A stretch of 63,945 nucleotides of DNA, filler included, from Caldilineae bacterium (GCA_037446815.1; 7 parts of 7 records of this genome joined end to end with filler, not necessarily neighbours in it), one strand, 5' to 3'. Positions 1 to 10,066 are shown, numbered from the whole stretch's first letter. Notes: generated from the sequence alone by a model not told the origin. Numbers and translations: made by a program.

Positions 1-2607
1 GGCGCGGCAGACGATGGGTATCTCGCTCACAACCTCGCCCACCGGCTCAATGGACAGACTTCCGGGAACCAGCAGCGTGCCATCCGGAACCTGATCCGTA
101 AACGTCATGACCGACGGCAGCGACAGGTTGTTCTGCACCAGAATCTCATATTCAATCGTGTCCCCGGGCGAAGGCAAGCCATCCCCGTCGCCGTCCACAA
201 CGAGCAAGTCGGTCTTCCATGCGCAAACATCATCGGTGCACCCGGGCGGCGGTGGCTGGGTCGCTGTCGGGGTCGCCGTTGCCGTCGCCGTGGTCGTGGG
301 CGTTGCCGTGGGCGTAACCACGTCAAAGCATGTCGGATCGTCATCGTAGGGTGTGTACAGATCGTCCGTCAGTTCATCACAAATGCATTGCTCCACCTCG
401 CAGCGCGTGGACACAAGCCCCTGGTTGCAGACGCGCGCTGTCCCCGCGAGAATGACGACCCTGAAGGTTACGATGAACGATTGTCCAGGATCTACAGGGG
501 CGGTACAGATAATGGGTATCTCGCTCACCACGTGTCCAACCGGCGTAATGGACAGACTGCCGGGCACGAGGGCAGTGCCCGGGGGCACCTGGTCTGTGAA
601 CGTCATCACCGCCGGAATCGGCAGGTTCGTGTGGATAAGGATCGTGTACTCAATCACATCGCCGGGCGACGGCAAACCGTTGTCGTCCACGTCCTCCGCG
701 ATGGCAAAGTACTTCCACGCGCACACAGCCTCATTGCAGACGGGCGGCGGGATGCGCGTCGCTGTAGGCGTCCGCGTGGGCGTTACCGTCGGCGTATTCG
801 TCGGCGTGAACGTTGGCGTGGCGGTGGGCGTCCTCGTCCGCGTGGGAGTACGGGTAGCCGTGGCCGTCCGCGTAGCGGTTGGCGTGCGCGTGTTCGTGCT
901 CGTATAGGTGGCCGTAGCCGTCGGCGTGCGGCTCGGCGTGAAGGTAGGTGTGGCAGTCGGCGAAGGCGTATGAGTAGCCGTCGCCGTAAACGTATGCGTT
1001 GCCGTATGCGTCGCCGTCGGCGTGTGCGTCGGTGTCGCTGTTGGCGTAGGGCTCGGCGTGAACGTCGGTGTAGCTGTAGGTGTATTCGTGGGCGTGTGGG
1101 TGGCCGTCGGCGTGGACGTGGGCGTTGCCGTCGGCGTGTTCGTAGGCGTGGATGTCGGGCTCGGTGTCGCCGTGCGCGTGGACGTGGCCGTTGGCGTTTG
1201 TGTCGGCGTGGCGGTAGCCGTAGCCGTTGGCGATGCCGTGCTGGTCGCCGTAGACGTGCGCGTGGCCGTTGGCGACGGCGTAAGCGTGGGTGTGGCCGTC
1301 GCTGTCGGCGTTGCGGACGGTGTTGGCGTGTCTGTGGCCGTCGGCGAAGGCGTGGGGGTCCCCGTCCGCGTAGGTGTGCCCGTAGCCGTGTGCGTCGGCG
1401 ATGGCGTCAGCGTTTCCGTAGGTGTGGGCGTGGCCGTAGGCAACGGCAAGTCAAAGAAATATAGACAGTCGGAATGGGTGGGCACGGGATCGCCCTGGAT
1501 CTCGTTGGGTGTGATGACATGCCAGTACGCATCGCCCACCGCGCGCGTGGAGTAGAAGCCCGCCGGATCCGTCTCCACCAGCAGCAGCGTGATGTTCGGC
1601 CAGTTACCAACGAACTCAAAGAACCCGAATTCGTCCGTAACATCCTCTGCCAACAGGACAAGCGAATCGTCCGGCAGTTTCTGGTACAGCGTTACGGTAA
1701 CCCCAGGAATGGCTATAGGCTCCAGCAGGTCTTGGAGCACGTAGCCCACGATACGGCTGTCCACGGGCGTGTTGGTCGGCGTCGGCGTCGGAGCCTGGCG
1801 CACGAACGTGGCCGTGCCCCACGTCCCTGGGGATGGCAGCGTCGCCAGGATCGTCGTCGCGTCCACAATAACGCTGCCGGGCAGCGTGCTGGACGCGCTG
1901 ACGGCTGTGTAGCCATCTCGCATCTGCCACTGGACAATGCGGAAGTAGCCCGGCAACCCGAGTGTATTCACCTCCAGCGTGAAACTCCCATCCCACGCCG
2001 TGCTCACAAGGTCAGCCGAGATCTGCCACGATGAGCCCGTCCACAAGTCCGCGCGCACCGTCCACCCCGCCAAGCCAGTCCCTACGGTGTCCTCAACGCG
2101 GCCCTGTATGCGGTACAGCGTAACCACCGATGGCGTCTTCGTGGGCGTGTTGGTGGGGCCGGGAGTGCTGGTCGGGGTGCGCGTCCGTGTCGGGGTAGAT
2201 GTGGCCTGGGCAGGGCGGTCAATGAAAGTGGCGCAACTGGGCGGTGGCGACGTAGCCTCCACGCGGTCGGCGTTCACCGTCGTCCACCCCAGGCCCGATG
2301 CGGATACCGACACATATCCCGGCGGATTGTTCTCGGTAACTGCATAGCGCTCATACTCCGGGCCTGTGTAAATGAGAAGCCGGTTTCCCGTAGAGTCGGT
2401 GTAGCCGCTCGCGAGGCTATACCATGTGCTGCCGCTTCGCCCCCACAACGTCATCAGCGCGCCGGGAATGCCGTTGCCCAGTTCATCCTTTGCCCAGGCG
2501 CAGACGCTCAGGGACGGATCTGCGCTCGCCGGGCCTCTGACCAGCAGTGGGGCAAACACAAGCGCCAGAGCCACGCCTCCCACCCACAGCCAACGAGTGC
2601 GCATCAT
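1..2607 (-). CDS. Large secreted Thr/Pro-rich surface protein with Ig-like and DUF11-like repeats (3' end runs off the window)
   Basis: Not in the ORF track; translated manually from ATG 2607 with a GGGAGG RBS. Signal peptide [22 protein letters not shown], a (T-P/T-A)n linker of about 230 aa at ~750-1445, and two repeats of '[42 protein letters not shown]'. Confidence 0.8.
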   Translation of the reverse strand, partial: MMRTRWLWVGGVALALVFAPLLVRGPASADPSLSVCAWAKDELGNGIPGALMTLWGRSGSTWYSLASGYTDSTGNRLLIYTGPEYERYAVTENNPPGYVSVSASGLGWTTVNADRVEATSPPPSCATFIDRPAQATSTPTRTRTPTSTPGPTNTPTKTPSVVTLYRIQGRVEDTVGTGLAGWTVRADLWTGSSWQISADLVSTAWDGSFTLEVNTLGLPGYFRIVQWQMRDGYTAVSASSTLPGSVIVDATTILATLPSPGTWGTATFVRQAPTPTPTNTPVDSRIVGYVLQDLLEPIAIPGVTVTLYQKLPDDSLVLLAEDVTDEFGFFEFVGNWPNITLLLVETDPAGFYSTRAVGDAYWHVITPNEIQGDPVPTHSDCLYFFDLPLPTATPTPTETLTPSPTHTATGTPTRTGTPTPSPTATDTPTPSATPTATATPTLTPSPTATRTSTATSTASPTATATATPTQTPTATSTRTATPSPTSTPTNTPTATPTSTPTATHTPTNTPTATPTFTPSPTPTATPTHTPTATHTATHTFTATATHTPSPTATPTFTPSRTPTATATYTSTNTRTPTATRTATATRTPTRTRTPTATPTFTPTNTPTVTPTRTPTATRIPPPVCNEAVCAWKYFAIAEDVDDNGLPSPGDVIEYTILIHTNLPIPAVMTFTDQVPPGTALVPGSLSITPVGHVVSEIPIICTAPVDPGQSFIVTFRVVILAGTARVCNQGLVSTRCEVEQCICDELTDDLYTPYDDDPTCFDVVTPTATPTTTATATATPTATQPPPPGCTDDVCAWKTDLLVVDGDGDGLPSPGDTIEYEILVQNNLSLPSVMTFTDQVPDGTLLVPGSLSIEPVGEVVSEIPIVCRA

Positions 2608-2730
2608 AACAACCTCCCGCGGCAGACACGCGCGCGACTACCCGGCCACAACAATCAAGCGTAGCATAGCGTGCATTTCCAAATATGTCAAGGTGCTTGG
2701 AAAAACTCGCCCGCCGGTCCGCCGTCAAAG

Positions 2731-2759
2731 TTGACGCTGCAGGCTATTTCAGATAAACT
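2731..2759 (+). promoter_or_regulatory. sigma70-type promoter of tRNA-Sec
   Basis: TTGACG-17 bp-TAAACT. Confidence 0.6.
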
Positions 2760-2764
2760 AACAT

Positions 2765-2861
2765 GGGGGTGGTTGAGTCCCGGTGGGCTCCGCGGTCTTC
2801 AAAACCGTCTGTGGGGCGCTGCAGAGGTGTCCCAGGTGGGTTCGACTCCCATCCACTCCCG
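2765..2861 (+). tRNA. selC: tRNA-Sec (anticodon TCA)
   Basis: 8-bp acceptor stem GGGGGTGG/CCACTCCC, anticodon arm GCGGT-CTTCAAA-ACCGT, long variable arm, GGTTCGACTCCC T-arm, G discriminator; CCA not fully encoded. Confidence 0.93.
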
Positions 2862-2873
2862 CCTGGCAGAGTC

Positions 2874-2910
2874 AGAGGGGCGCGCAGACCGATCGCGACC
2901 CCTTCTTTTT
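2874..2910 (+). terminator. Probable intrinsic terminator after tRNA-Sec
   Basis: Imperfect hairpin AGAGGGGCGCG...CGCGACCCCTTCT followed by a T-tract. Confidence 0.5.
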
Positions 2911-3003
2911 GTCCGGGGCCAACTTGCCGGCCGCATTCGGCGTTGCCCTTCCCGCACGAACAGAGTACAATAGCGCGAGAGCCTCATCCGGAGTTGACGA
3001 GAA

Positions 3004-3924
3004 ATGACCATTGCGATGATCGTCCACGGCGGCGCGTGGGCCATTCCCGATGACCAGGTGGACGCACACGCGCGCGGTTGTCGGGATGCCGTCCAGACAG
3101 GGTACGCCATCCTGCGCGAGGGCGGCTCGGCGTTGGACGCCGTTCAGGCGGCCATCCGCCTCATGGAGGATGACCCCATCTTTGACGCGGGCAAAGGCTC
3201 GTGCCTCACTCAGGACGGTGAGGTAGAACTGGACGCCAGCATCATGGACGGCGCGACCCTCAACGTTGGGGCCGTCGCCTGCGTGAAGCACATCGCCCAA
3301 CCCATTCAACTGGCCCGCCTGGTCCTGGAAAGCCCCCACGTATTGCTGGTCGGCGAGGGCGCCGAACGATTCGCCCAGCACCACGGCATGTCCTTGTGCA
3401 ACAGCGAAGACCTCATCGTGGACCGCGAGCGACAAATCTGGGAGGAGTTCAAGCGGCAAGGGCAGGCGAGTTACGGCGATGCCTTTGAGCCGCGGCAGGA
3501 TACCGTTGGGGCGGTTGCCCTGGACGCCGCGGGGAATATCGCGGTCGGCCTGTCCACGGGTGGCACGCCCAACAAACTGCCCGGCCGCGTGGGTGATGTT
3601 CCACAGATAGGCTGCGGCTTCTACACGGACAACACCGTTGGGGGTGTGGCCTGCACCGGCCTGGGGGAAGCCATCGCCCGCATGGCCCTGGCGCGGCGCA
3701 CCATGCAGATGCTAGAATCCGGTGCCGCACCGGAGCAGGCAGCAGACCAGGCCATCCGAACACTGGCCGCTCGGGTGGGCGGCACCGCCGGATTGATTGT
3801 CCTGGACCGCCTGGGACGGGTGGGGGTCGCCTATAACACGAAGCGCATGGCGCGCGCCTTCCTCGTGGAGGGCATGAGCCATCCCTATGTTGCCGTGGAC
3901 CGCACCGAATGGCAGGGAGAGTGA
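3004..3924 (+). CDS. iaaA: Isoaspartyl peptidase / L-asparaginase (Ntn hydrolase)
   Basis: IVHGGA N-terminus, D-TVGAVA autocleavage Thr, STGG, GRVGD, TGLGE motifs. Confidence 0.9.
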   Translation: MTIAMIVHGGAWAIPDDQVDAHARGCRDAVQTGYAILREGGSALDAVQAAIRLMEDDPIFDAGKGSCLTQDGEVELDASIMDGATLNVGAVACVKHIAQPIQLARLVLESPHVLLVGEGAERFAQHHGMSLCNSEDLIVDRERQIWEEFKRQGQASYGDAFEPRQDTVGAVALDAAGNIAVGLSTGGTPNKLPGRVGDVPQIGCGFYTDNTVGGVACTGLGEAIARMALARRTMQMLESGAAPEQAADQAIRTLAARVGGTAGLIVLDRLGRVGVAYNTKRMARAFLVEGMSHPYVAVDRTEWQGE

Positions 3925-5132
3925 GCGCCTTGACAACAATACAGCAGACACCGCTCCGTATCTGCATGGTAACTGATTGCTATCCGCCGAGTGTGGGCGG
4001 CATTGAAAACCATGTCTACGCCCTGTCGCGCGAACTGGGGCGGTTGGGGCATCACGTAACCATCGTAACCCACAGCGAAGTCAGACCCCGTAAGTCTCCG
4101 CCGGCACCTGTAACCGTGCCTCCTGGCGTAGAAGTGGAACGGCTGCGCGGGCTGACATTGCGCCTACCCGATGGCTCCGACCCCGCCGTGGATCCCTCCA
4201 TGGTCGGGCAGCTGGCTCGCCTTCTGCGCGAGCGTGAATTTGACATCGTGCACGGCCATACCGTGGAAAGCCCCTTCGTCCTGGCGCTGATGCGCAAGGC
4301 TGCCCGCATGGGATTCCCCACAATCATCACGAAACACTCCATGGTGGAGCGCCCCAAGCGCCTGCCGCTCGTGGGCGCCCTCATGCGCGCGTGGATGGTT
4401 GCCGTGGTCAATCAGTTCACAGCATACATCGCCGTCAGCGAGCCCGCGGCCGAAGAGTTGAGCCGCAGCAAGAGCAAGCCCTTCGTCATCCACAATGCCA
4501 TAGACATGGACGCGTTCCGCCCCGACCCATCCTTGCGGGCCAAGATGCGCGCCGCACTCGGCTTTGGCGACCAGAATCTCGTCATCGGGTTCCTGTCGCG
4601 GTTCGTGCCGAGCAAGGGCGTTGTGGAACTGGTGCGGGTCGGCGAACAGTTGGCGGAGCGCGACGACCGCCTCCGGTTTCTTCTCGTCGGCGGCGGCCCG
4701 CTGAAGCGGAGGGTGGAGAACGACGTCGCCAAGAACGGCATGGCCGACCGCTTCCGTTTCGTGGGATTCCAACCGTGGGACCAGACGCCGGCCTACCTCA
4801 ATGCGATGGACATTTTCGCCTTTCCAAGCCAGAGCGAGGGGTTTGGCATGGCGCTGCTGGAGGCGATGGCGTGCGGTTTGCCCGCGGTAACGACCGATCG
4901 CTCGGGCACGCAGGACATCGTGCGCCCCGGTGAAACGGCCATCGTCGCCGACTCGCTGGAAGAACTTGAGGCAAGCCTCGCGCTGCTCATCAACGACGAA
5001 GCGCTGCGCAAGCGGCTCAGCATTGCCGCCAGGCAGGCCGTGGAGAACAGCATGGACTGGAACGCCGTCGCCCGGCGGACCGCCGAAGCGTACCGCGAGA
5101 CCATCGCCCTAAAGCGAGGGGAGGAGAGATGA
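3921..5132 (+). CDS. GT4 glycosyltransferase (PIG-A-like N-terminus)
   Basis: ICMVTDCYPPSVGGIENHV and EGFGMALLEAMACG motifs; GTGA overlap with the iaaA stop. Confidence 0.88.
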   Translation: MSALTTIQQTPLRICMVTDCYPPSVGGIENHVYALSRELGRLGHHVTIVTHSEVRPRKSPPAPVTVPPGVEVERLRGLTLRLPDGSDPAVDPSMVGQLARLLREREFDIVHGHTVESPFVLALMRKAARMGFPTIITKHSMVERPKRLPLVGALMRAWMVAVVNQFTAYIAVSEPAAEELSRSKSKPFVIHNAIDMDAFRPDPSLRAKMRAALGFGDQNLVIGFLSRFVPSKGVVELVRVGEQLAERDDRLRFLLVGGGPLKRRVENDVAKNGMADRFRFVGFQPWDQTPAYLNAMDIFAFPSQSEGFGMALLEAMACGLPAVTTDRSGTQDIVRPGETAIVADSLEELEASLALLINDEALRKRLSIAARQAVENSMDWNAVARRTAEAYRETIALKRGEER

Positions 5133-6145
5133 AAGCACCTCGGGGAAACGGCACAACAATCGCTATCGCCCTTCTCGGTGTCGCGCTACTAACCGCGCTG
5201 GCAGGTTGCGGCGGACGGAGCGGGGACACACCGGCTGTAGCAGCCACGCCCACACGCGCGCCGGCCACCATCCAGACCGCGACGCGCACTCCCCGGCCAT
5301 CGCCTGCGGCACGGCCTACCAATACCCTCGTGCCCACGCTGACCGCGGCACCCACCCGCACCCCGACGCCGCCGCCCGACCTGGAAACCTTCGCCCGCTA
5401 CATGATGGACCTCGTCAACCGAGACCGCAAAGCGGCAGGACTCGCGCCTGTGCAGTGGGACGAGACCGCAGCCCACGCCGCCAAGGCACACGCCGAGGAA
5501 ATGGCGCGTTATGTCTACTTGAGCCACTGGAATCTGGACGGCTACGGCCCCGAACACCGCTACTACTTCGCGGGCGGGCGCGACGCCGTCCGCGAGAACG
5601 TGTACGCCTACTACCAGCGCTCCTCCGCGGGCGCCGGGATTCCGATTGAGGACTGGCAGAAGGTCGTAGAAGAGGCCGAGGAAGCGTTGATGCAGAGCGC
5701 CGGCCATCGGGACAACATCCTGCAACCCTCTCACACTCACGTAGGCATTGGAATCGGCTACAACCCCGCGCTGGGCGAGGTCCGAATCGCGCAGGAATTT
5801 GTGGACCGATACATAGCCCTGGACCCCGTGCCCGAAGCCGTGCGCGCTGGCGACACCATAGAAATTAGCGGCAGGATGCTATCCGGCGCATCTTCCCCCC
5901 TCATCAACCTCGCCTACGAGCCCCTGCCAACGCCCATGAGCGCAGGCGACCTGAACAAGACCAGCACGTACACTTCCCGCGCAGAGGTGTTTGAGGCCCT
6001 CAAACCGCAGGTGGAGGGCACCCGCTTCCGCGCAACAATCCGATTCACCGAATCGGAACGCCTAGGCCTTTACCACATCCGCGTATGGGTAGAGCGAGGC
6101 GGACAACCCATCTTCGCGGGGAATGCCATCATCCCCCTGCGCTAA
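5129..6145 (+). CDS. CAP/SCP-domain lipoprotein
   Basis: Lipobox LAGC, PT linker, 'VNRDRKAAGL', 'HAEEMA', 'SAGHRDNIL', 'HVGIG'. Confidence 0.85.
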   Translation: MKAPRGNGTTIAIALLGVALLTALAGCGGRSGDTPAVAATPTRAPATIQTATRTPRPSPAARPTNTLVPTLTAAPTRTPTPPPDLETFARYMMDLVNRDRKAAGLAPVQWDETAAHAAKAHAEEMARYVYLSHWNLDGYGPEHRYYFAGGRDAVRENVYAYYQRSSAGAGIPIEDWQKVVEEAEEALMQSAGHRDNILQPSHTHVGIGIGYNPALGEVRIAQEFVDRYIALDPVPEAVRAGDTIEISGRMLSGASSPLINLAYEPLPTPMSAGDLNKTSTYTSRAEVFEALKPQVEGTRFRATIRFTESERLGLYHIRVWVERGGQPIFAGNAIIPLR

Positions 6146-6532
6146 TCAGTAGGCCCCGATCTCGCGCAGGCGCTCATCCGAAATGCCAAAGTGATGCGCG
6201 ATTTCGTGCAGGACAGTGCGAGCAATCGTCCGCCGAACGTCATCCACGGTACGGCACGCCATCAGTATCGGCTCGCGGAACAGCGTGATGCGGTCCGGCA
6301 AGACCATGTTGTACCCCGCCGTTCTGCCCGTCAGCGGGACGCCCTCATACAAGCCGAACAGCAGCATCCCTCTCCCGACGCCGCCTGCGCGAAGCTGCGC
6401 CCTGCTTGGATAATCCTCTACCATGATGGCGACGTTATCCAGTTTCTGGCGAATCTCGTCGGGCAGAGACGCCACGGCCTCCAGGACCAGTTCGTCAAAT
6501 GCGGCTGGACTCATCCGCACCGGCACGCGCAC
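6146..6532 (-). CDS. Zincin_1 family small metallopeptidase
   Basis: LFGLYEGVPL, PDRITLFR, HEIAHHFG (HExxH). Confidence 0.88.
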   Translation of the reverse strand: MRVPVRMSPAAFDELVLEAVASLPDEIRQKLDNVAIMVEDYPSRAQLRAGGVGRGMLLFGLYEGVPLTGRTAGYNMVLPDRITLFREPILMACRTVDDVRRTIARTVLHEIAHHFGISDERLREIGAY

Positions 6533-6559
6533 CCTCGCAACCCAAGTCTCACTCCATAT

Positions 6560-7075
6560 CTATAGGACCTGCTTCAGCGCGTCCAATGCGGCCTCGTAAT
6601 CGGGCTCCTGGCCCAAGTCCGGCACAATCTGCACGTATCGCACAATGTCGTGCTCGTCCACGATGAAGATGCTGCGCGCCAAGAGCCGCTTCTCCTTGAT
6701 GAGCACGCCGTATGCAAGGCCGAAGTTCGTATCGTAGTGATCCGAAAGCGTCTGCAACCTGTCCACACCCGCCGCGCCGCACCACCGCTTCTGGGCGAAC
6801 GGCAAATCCACGCTCACCGTCAGGATGCGAACCTTGTCGCCGAGCCTGTCGGCCTCCGCATTGAAGCGCCTCGTTTGCAGATCGCACACGCGCGTATCCA
6901 GCGACGGCACGACGCTGATGAGACGCACCTTGCCTGCCGTGTCCGCGAGGGTAACAGGCCGCCCGTCATTGTCCAGCAGGCGAAAGTCGGGCGCCTTCTG
7001 CCCCACAACAACTGGCTGCCCCACGAGCGTAAGGGGCTGCCCTCCCGCGCTCACAATCCCTTTCCGTTCCTCCAT
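6560..7075 (-). CDS. tpx: Thiol peroxidase (atypical 2-Cys peroxiredoxin)
   Basis: VPSLDTRVC and DLPFAQKRWCGA motifs; start MEERKG after GAGGAGG. Confidence 0.92.
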   Translation of the reverse strand: MEERKGIVSAGGQPLTLVGQPVVVGQKAPDFRLLDNDGRPVTLADTAGKVRLISVVPSLDTRVCDLQTRRFNAEADRLGDKVRILTVSVDLPFAQKRWCGAAGVDRLQTLSDHYDTNFGLAYGVLIKEKRLLARSIFIVDEHDIVRYVQIVPDLGQEPDYEAALDALKQVL

Positions 7076-7258
7076 GGTGTACCCCTCCTCATCGGTGTTT
7101 TCAAAAGGATAGCATCCATCCCCGCCCGCGACCATGACCTGCATCATGAAACAGTGGCCAAAAGCGACAAGCGTTTTTGACGAATTTCACAAACCGCGTA
7201 TAGTAATCGCGAATTGAGCCGGCGACGCGGCCAAGATTTCAAAGCAAGGAGTGTTCCC

Positions 7259-7432
7259 ATGGCGCACAAAATTGACCCCGAACTGTGTATCTCTTGTGGC
7301 GCATGCGCCGCAGTATGCCCCGAGGAGGCCATCAGCGAGGGCGACGAGTCCTACGTGATTGACCCCGAGAAGTGCGCAGACTGCGGCACGTGCGTAGATG
7401 AGTGCCCCCAGGAAGCGATCTCCGCTGCCTAG
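7259..7432 (+). CDS. 2[4Fe-4S] ferredoxin
   Basis: Two CxxCxxCxxxCP motifs in 57 aa; AGGAG RBS. Confidence 0.92.
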   Translation: MAHKIDPELCISCGACAAVCPEEAISEGDESYVIDPEKCADCGTCVDECPQEAISAA

Positions 7433-7450
7433 TGGCCCGCTCAGCAACAC

Positions 7451-7483
7451 AAGCCGAGGAGATTCCTCCTCGGCTTTTTCTTT
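7451..7483 (+). terminator. Intrinsic terminator
   Basis: AAGCCGAGGAG-ATTC-CTCCTCGGCTT followed by a T-tract. Confidence 0.85.
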
Positions 7484-7496
7484 GGCGCCATCGCGC

Positions 7497-7670
7497 GACT
7501 CGGTTCCATCTTGTGTTGGTCTGCCCCGCACGCCGCCTCCCCGCTCTGTCATGCTGAGCCGAAGGCGATACGCCCTCGCCTTTCGGGAGAGGGCTGGGGT
7601 GAGGGGCGAGATTCTTCGCTCTCCGTCGCTCAGAATGACAGTAGATGCCAACAGACTTTAGAACCGAATT
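7497..7670. mobile_element. MITE-like element, cargo variant 2
   Basis: Ends GACTCGGTTCCATCTTGTGTTGG ... CCAACAGACTTTAGAACCGAATT; flanked by CCATCGCGC / CCATCACGC (9 bp, 1 mismatch). Confidence 0.75.
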
Positions 7671-7745
7671 CCATCACGCACGCCCGCAACGATTTCCGGC
7701 CACGCGGGTTATGATATTCAAGAACACTTACTTAGGAGGAAACCC

Positions 7746-7961
7746 ATGGACTTCGTCGGTTTCATGAGCAGCACCGCAGGCCGCGCGTTGCGCATCGTAG
7801 TGGGCCTCATCCTTATTGTGCTCGCACTGTTCGGCCCCAATTGGAGCACAGCCCTTGAGATCGTTCTGCTCATTCTGGGGATCTTCTTTGTCCTCGTCGG
7901 CGCGCTCAATCTGTGCGTGCTCGCCCCCCTGTTCGGCAAACCGATCAAGGGCGGAAAGTAG
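7746..7961 (+). CDS. DUF2892/YgaP-like small membrane protein
   Basis: Two hydrophobic helices, 'RALRIVVG', Cys after TM2; AGGAGG RBS. Confidence 0.75.
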   Translation: MDFVGFMSSTAGRALRIVVGLILIVLALFGPNWSTALEIVLLILGIFFVLVGALNLCVLAPLFGKPIKGGK

Positions 7962-8030
7962 CAGGCCACATCCTAACCCACCGCGCTCAAACGACCACTG
8001 CTCCCAACCCATGGCCCGGCCCGCGCCGGG

Positions 8031-8669
8031 TCACTCTTCTGGCCGCGCCATGCCCCGGAGGAGCCACACCAGTTCGCCCAAGATGACCGCCGTAGCCCCC
8101 CACACCTTGTGCCCATGTATCAAGAAATATGGCACATGAAGATGACGGCCATCGGGCAAGTCCCAGTCCTCCTCATGCCGAATCCGCTCATCCAGCAGCA
8201 TCCCTAGCGGCGTCTCCAGCACCTCGGCCACCTCCTGCGGATTTGGCGAGAACGCTGGTCTGGCCTCCAGGTATCCCACGAACGGGAATACCTGAAAATC
8301 GCTTACTGCAACGTAGAGCGGAGTGAGGTTCCCAAGAATCTGAACCTTATCCGTCGCGGTGCCGATTTCCTCGCCGGTTTCGCGCAGCGCGGTGCGCTCC
8401 AGGCTCTCCAATCCTTGGCGCGCCCCTCCCGGCAGCGAGACCTGGCCCTGGTGCGTCGCAACGGCGTTCGTGCGCAGGGTCAACGGGAAACACCACCCGG
8501 CGTCGGTGGGGTACAGCAGCACCAGCACAGCCGCCAAGTGCGGCTCGTGGTCGGCATCCATCGGACGCGGCTGCGGCGCCATCCAGAGTTGGGCACGCCG
8601 CCCAGGCAAGGGCAACTGCAATGCGCGGCGCAGATCTTCCAGCGAGGGCCACAGATTCGGCGCGGCCAT
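8031..8669 (-). CDS. Nudix CoA pyrophosphatase (PCD1/NudL family)
   Basis: HQGQVSLPGG, Nudix box ALRETGEEIG, VWGATA. Confidence 0.88.
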   Translation of the reverse strand: MAAPNLWPSLEDLRRALQLPLPGRRAQLWMAPQPRPMDADHEPHLAAVLVLLYPTDAGWCFPLTLRTNAVATHQGQVSLPGGARQGLESLERTALRETGEEIGTATDKVQILGNLTPLYVAVSDFQVFPFVGYLEARPAFSPNPQEVAEVLETPLGMLLDERIRHEEDWDLPDGRHLHVPYFLIHGHKVWGATAVILGELVWLLRGMARPEE

Positions 8670-8673
8670 GTCC

Positions 8674-9879
8674 CTACTCCCACACGATGCCACAGAACGA
8701 AACGAAGGACGCTCCTTCGGAGTCGGCGGGCGCATGGTCATACGCGACAACGTGCCCGGTAACCGGCCCCAGCAGTCGCAGTGCGAGGTAGATGGGAGGA
8801 AGTCCGCAGATGTGCCGTCGGTCTCCCTCCTCGCGGATGAGGGCAAGAAAGCCTTCTGCATCGCCCTGGCACATGCGCGTCATGAGCGCCTCATCGGCCT
8901 TCTTCCCCAGCGCACGCTGCACCAAACCCGCGGGCAGTGAATCCCCAAAGGCGGGCCCCGTGTGCGCCAAATCGGCAGCCGCAATGACTATCGCACGGCG
9001 GCCCTCAAGCGCGCGACGCAACGCCTCTATGCCCGCGGCGATCACTTCATCCCGTTGCGCGCATTCCTGGCCAGAGATGAAGCGCTCAAAGGAGCCGCTC
9101 AGGATGGGAACCACCGGACACGGCTTCCCATCCCTCACGTAGTGCAGCCACACCGCCGCCAGTTCCACCGAGTGCTCGTTCCGATGGTGAATCTCATCGC
9201 GAAACGCCCATTCGCGCCCAATAGCAGCGGCCACGGCATCAACGATCTCCGTGGCCGTAGGCAGCACGCTGAAGGGCGTGGCGTAGTTCTGCCGCGTCAG
9301 GGTAAACGGCCAGAAGTCGCCCATGTGATCGGTGCCGAATATGACGGCAACCTCCGCGTGGCGCACAGCGTCTGCCGCCGCGGTCCACACCTTGCCATAC
9401 ACCGCGCCGCCGCGCATGTAGTCAATATGCGGCGAGACAAGGCCCCTGGCGTTCGAGAACCGAGGCACGTCCCCCACAGCCGCGCAGGAACGCTGCAACA
9501 TCTCCCGCAGCGCCGCCGCATCCGCGGGGTACCCGCTGCCCGCCGAGGCCGGGGGGCGAAACGGAGCGGCGCGATACGCTTCCAGGGCGGCCCTCAGCGC
9601 CTCGGCCGACCGCTCATTCTCCAAAAGCAGCGCCTCGTCCAGTTGGCGCAGGATTGTAGCAAGCACGTCAGGCGGAACGCGCACGCCTGCGCGGATTTCC
9701 AGCGCCGCACGCAAGGCGCTCTCGTCCCTCGTGCCATCGCACAGCGCAAGCAACGGCGCGAGGGCCTGAGGCATCGCCAGTACCTTGTCGCTAAGCGCAA
9801 GTGGATCGCGGAGCACCAGCACCGGACGCCCATTCTGTTGTGCCCACTGGGGCTGGATTTGGCGCAACTTCGGTCGCAT
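8674..9879 (-). CDS. MEMO1 family (AmmeMemoRadiSam protein B) with N-terminal extension
   Basis: PHIDY, GTDH, EHSVEL, AADLAHTG, ICG motifs; the ORF-track extension overlaps tRNA-Glu and was trimmed to MRPKLR. Confidence 0.85.
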   Translation of the reverse strand: MRPKLRQIQPQWAQQNGRPVLVLRDPLALSDKVLAMPQALAPLLALCDGTRDESALRAALEIRAGVRVPPDVLATILRQLDEALLLENERSAEALRAALEAYRAAPFRPPASAGSGYPADAAALREMLQRSCAAVGDVPRFSNARGLVSPHIDYMRGGAVYGKVWTAAADAVRHAEVAVIFGTDHMGDFWPFTLTRQNYATPFSVLPTATEIVDAVAAAIGREWAFRDEIHHRNEHSVELAAVWLHYVRDGKPCPVVPILSGSFERFISGQECAQRDEVIAAGIEALRRALEGRRAIVIAAADLAHTGPAFGDSLPAGLVQRALGKKADEALMTRMCQGDAEGFLALIREEGDRRHICGLPPIYLALRLLGPVTGHVVAYDHAPADSEGASFVSFCGIVWE

Positions 9880-9935
9880 CCACCATCCTCGCGGGATCCC
9901 CAAATAAGCAAAAGCCCCGACCGTGCGGGGCTTCC

Positions 9936-10012
9936 TGGTAGCGCATGGGGGATTCGAACCCCCGATCTCCTCCTTGAGAGGGAGGTGTCCTAGGCCGCTA
10001 GACGAATGCGCC
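9936..10012 (-). tRNA. tRNA-Glu (CTC)
   Basis: Reverse complement GGCGCATTCGTCTAGCGGCCTAGGACACCTCCCTCTCAAGGAGGAGATCGGGGGTTCGAATCCCCCATGCGCTACCA folds as a cloverleaf with encoded CCA. Confidence 0.95.
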
Positions 10013-10022
10013 ACACACGGCC

Positions 10023-10051
10023 ATTCTATTGGGAAGGCCCCTTTCTGTCAA
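10023..10051 (-). promoter_or_regulatory. sigma70 promoter of tRNA-Glu
   Basis: TTGACA-17 bp-TAGAAT on the minus strand. Confidence 0.75.
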
Positions 10052-10066
10052 ATTGAGCCGCCGAAC

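Noticed and set aside
107..2347. Plus-strand Val/Gly- and Arg-rich ORFs
   Set aside because: Antisense shadows of the Thr/Pro-rich minus-strand gene.
2765..10012. Genomic island between tRNA-Sec and tRNA-Glu
   Set aside because: No integrase, no duplicated tRNA 3' end, and ordinary housekeeping content.
9880..10014. N-terminal extension of the MEMO1 ORF
   Set aside because: It overlaps tRNA-Glu; the start is more plausibly at 9879.
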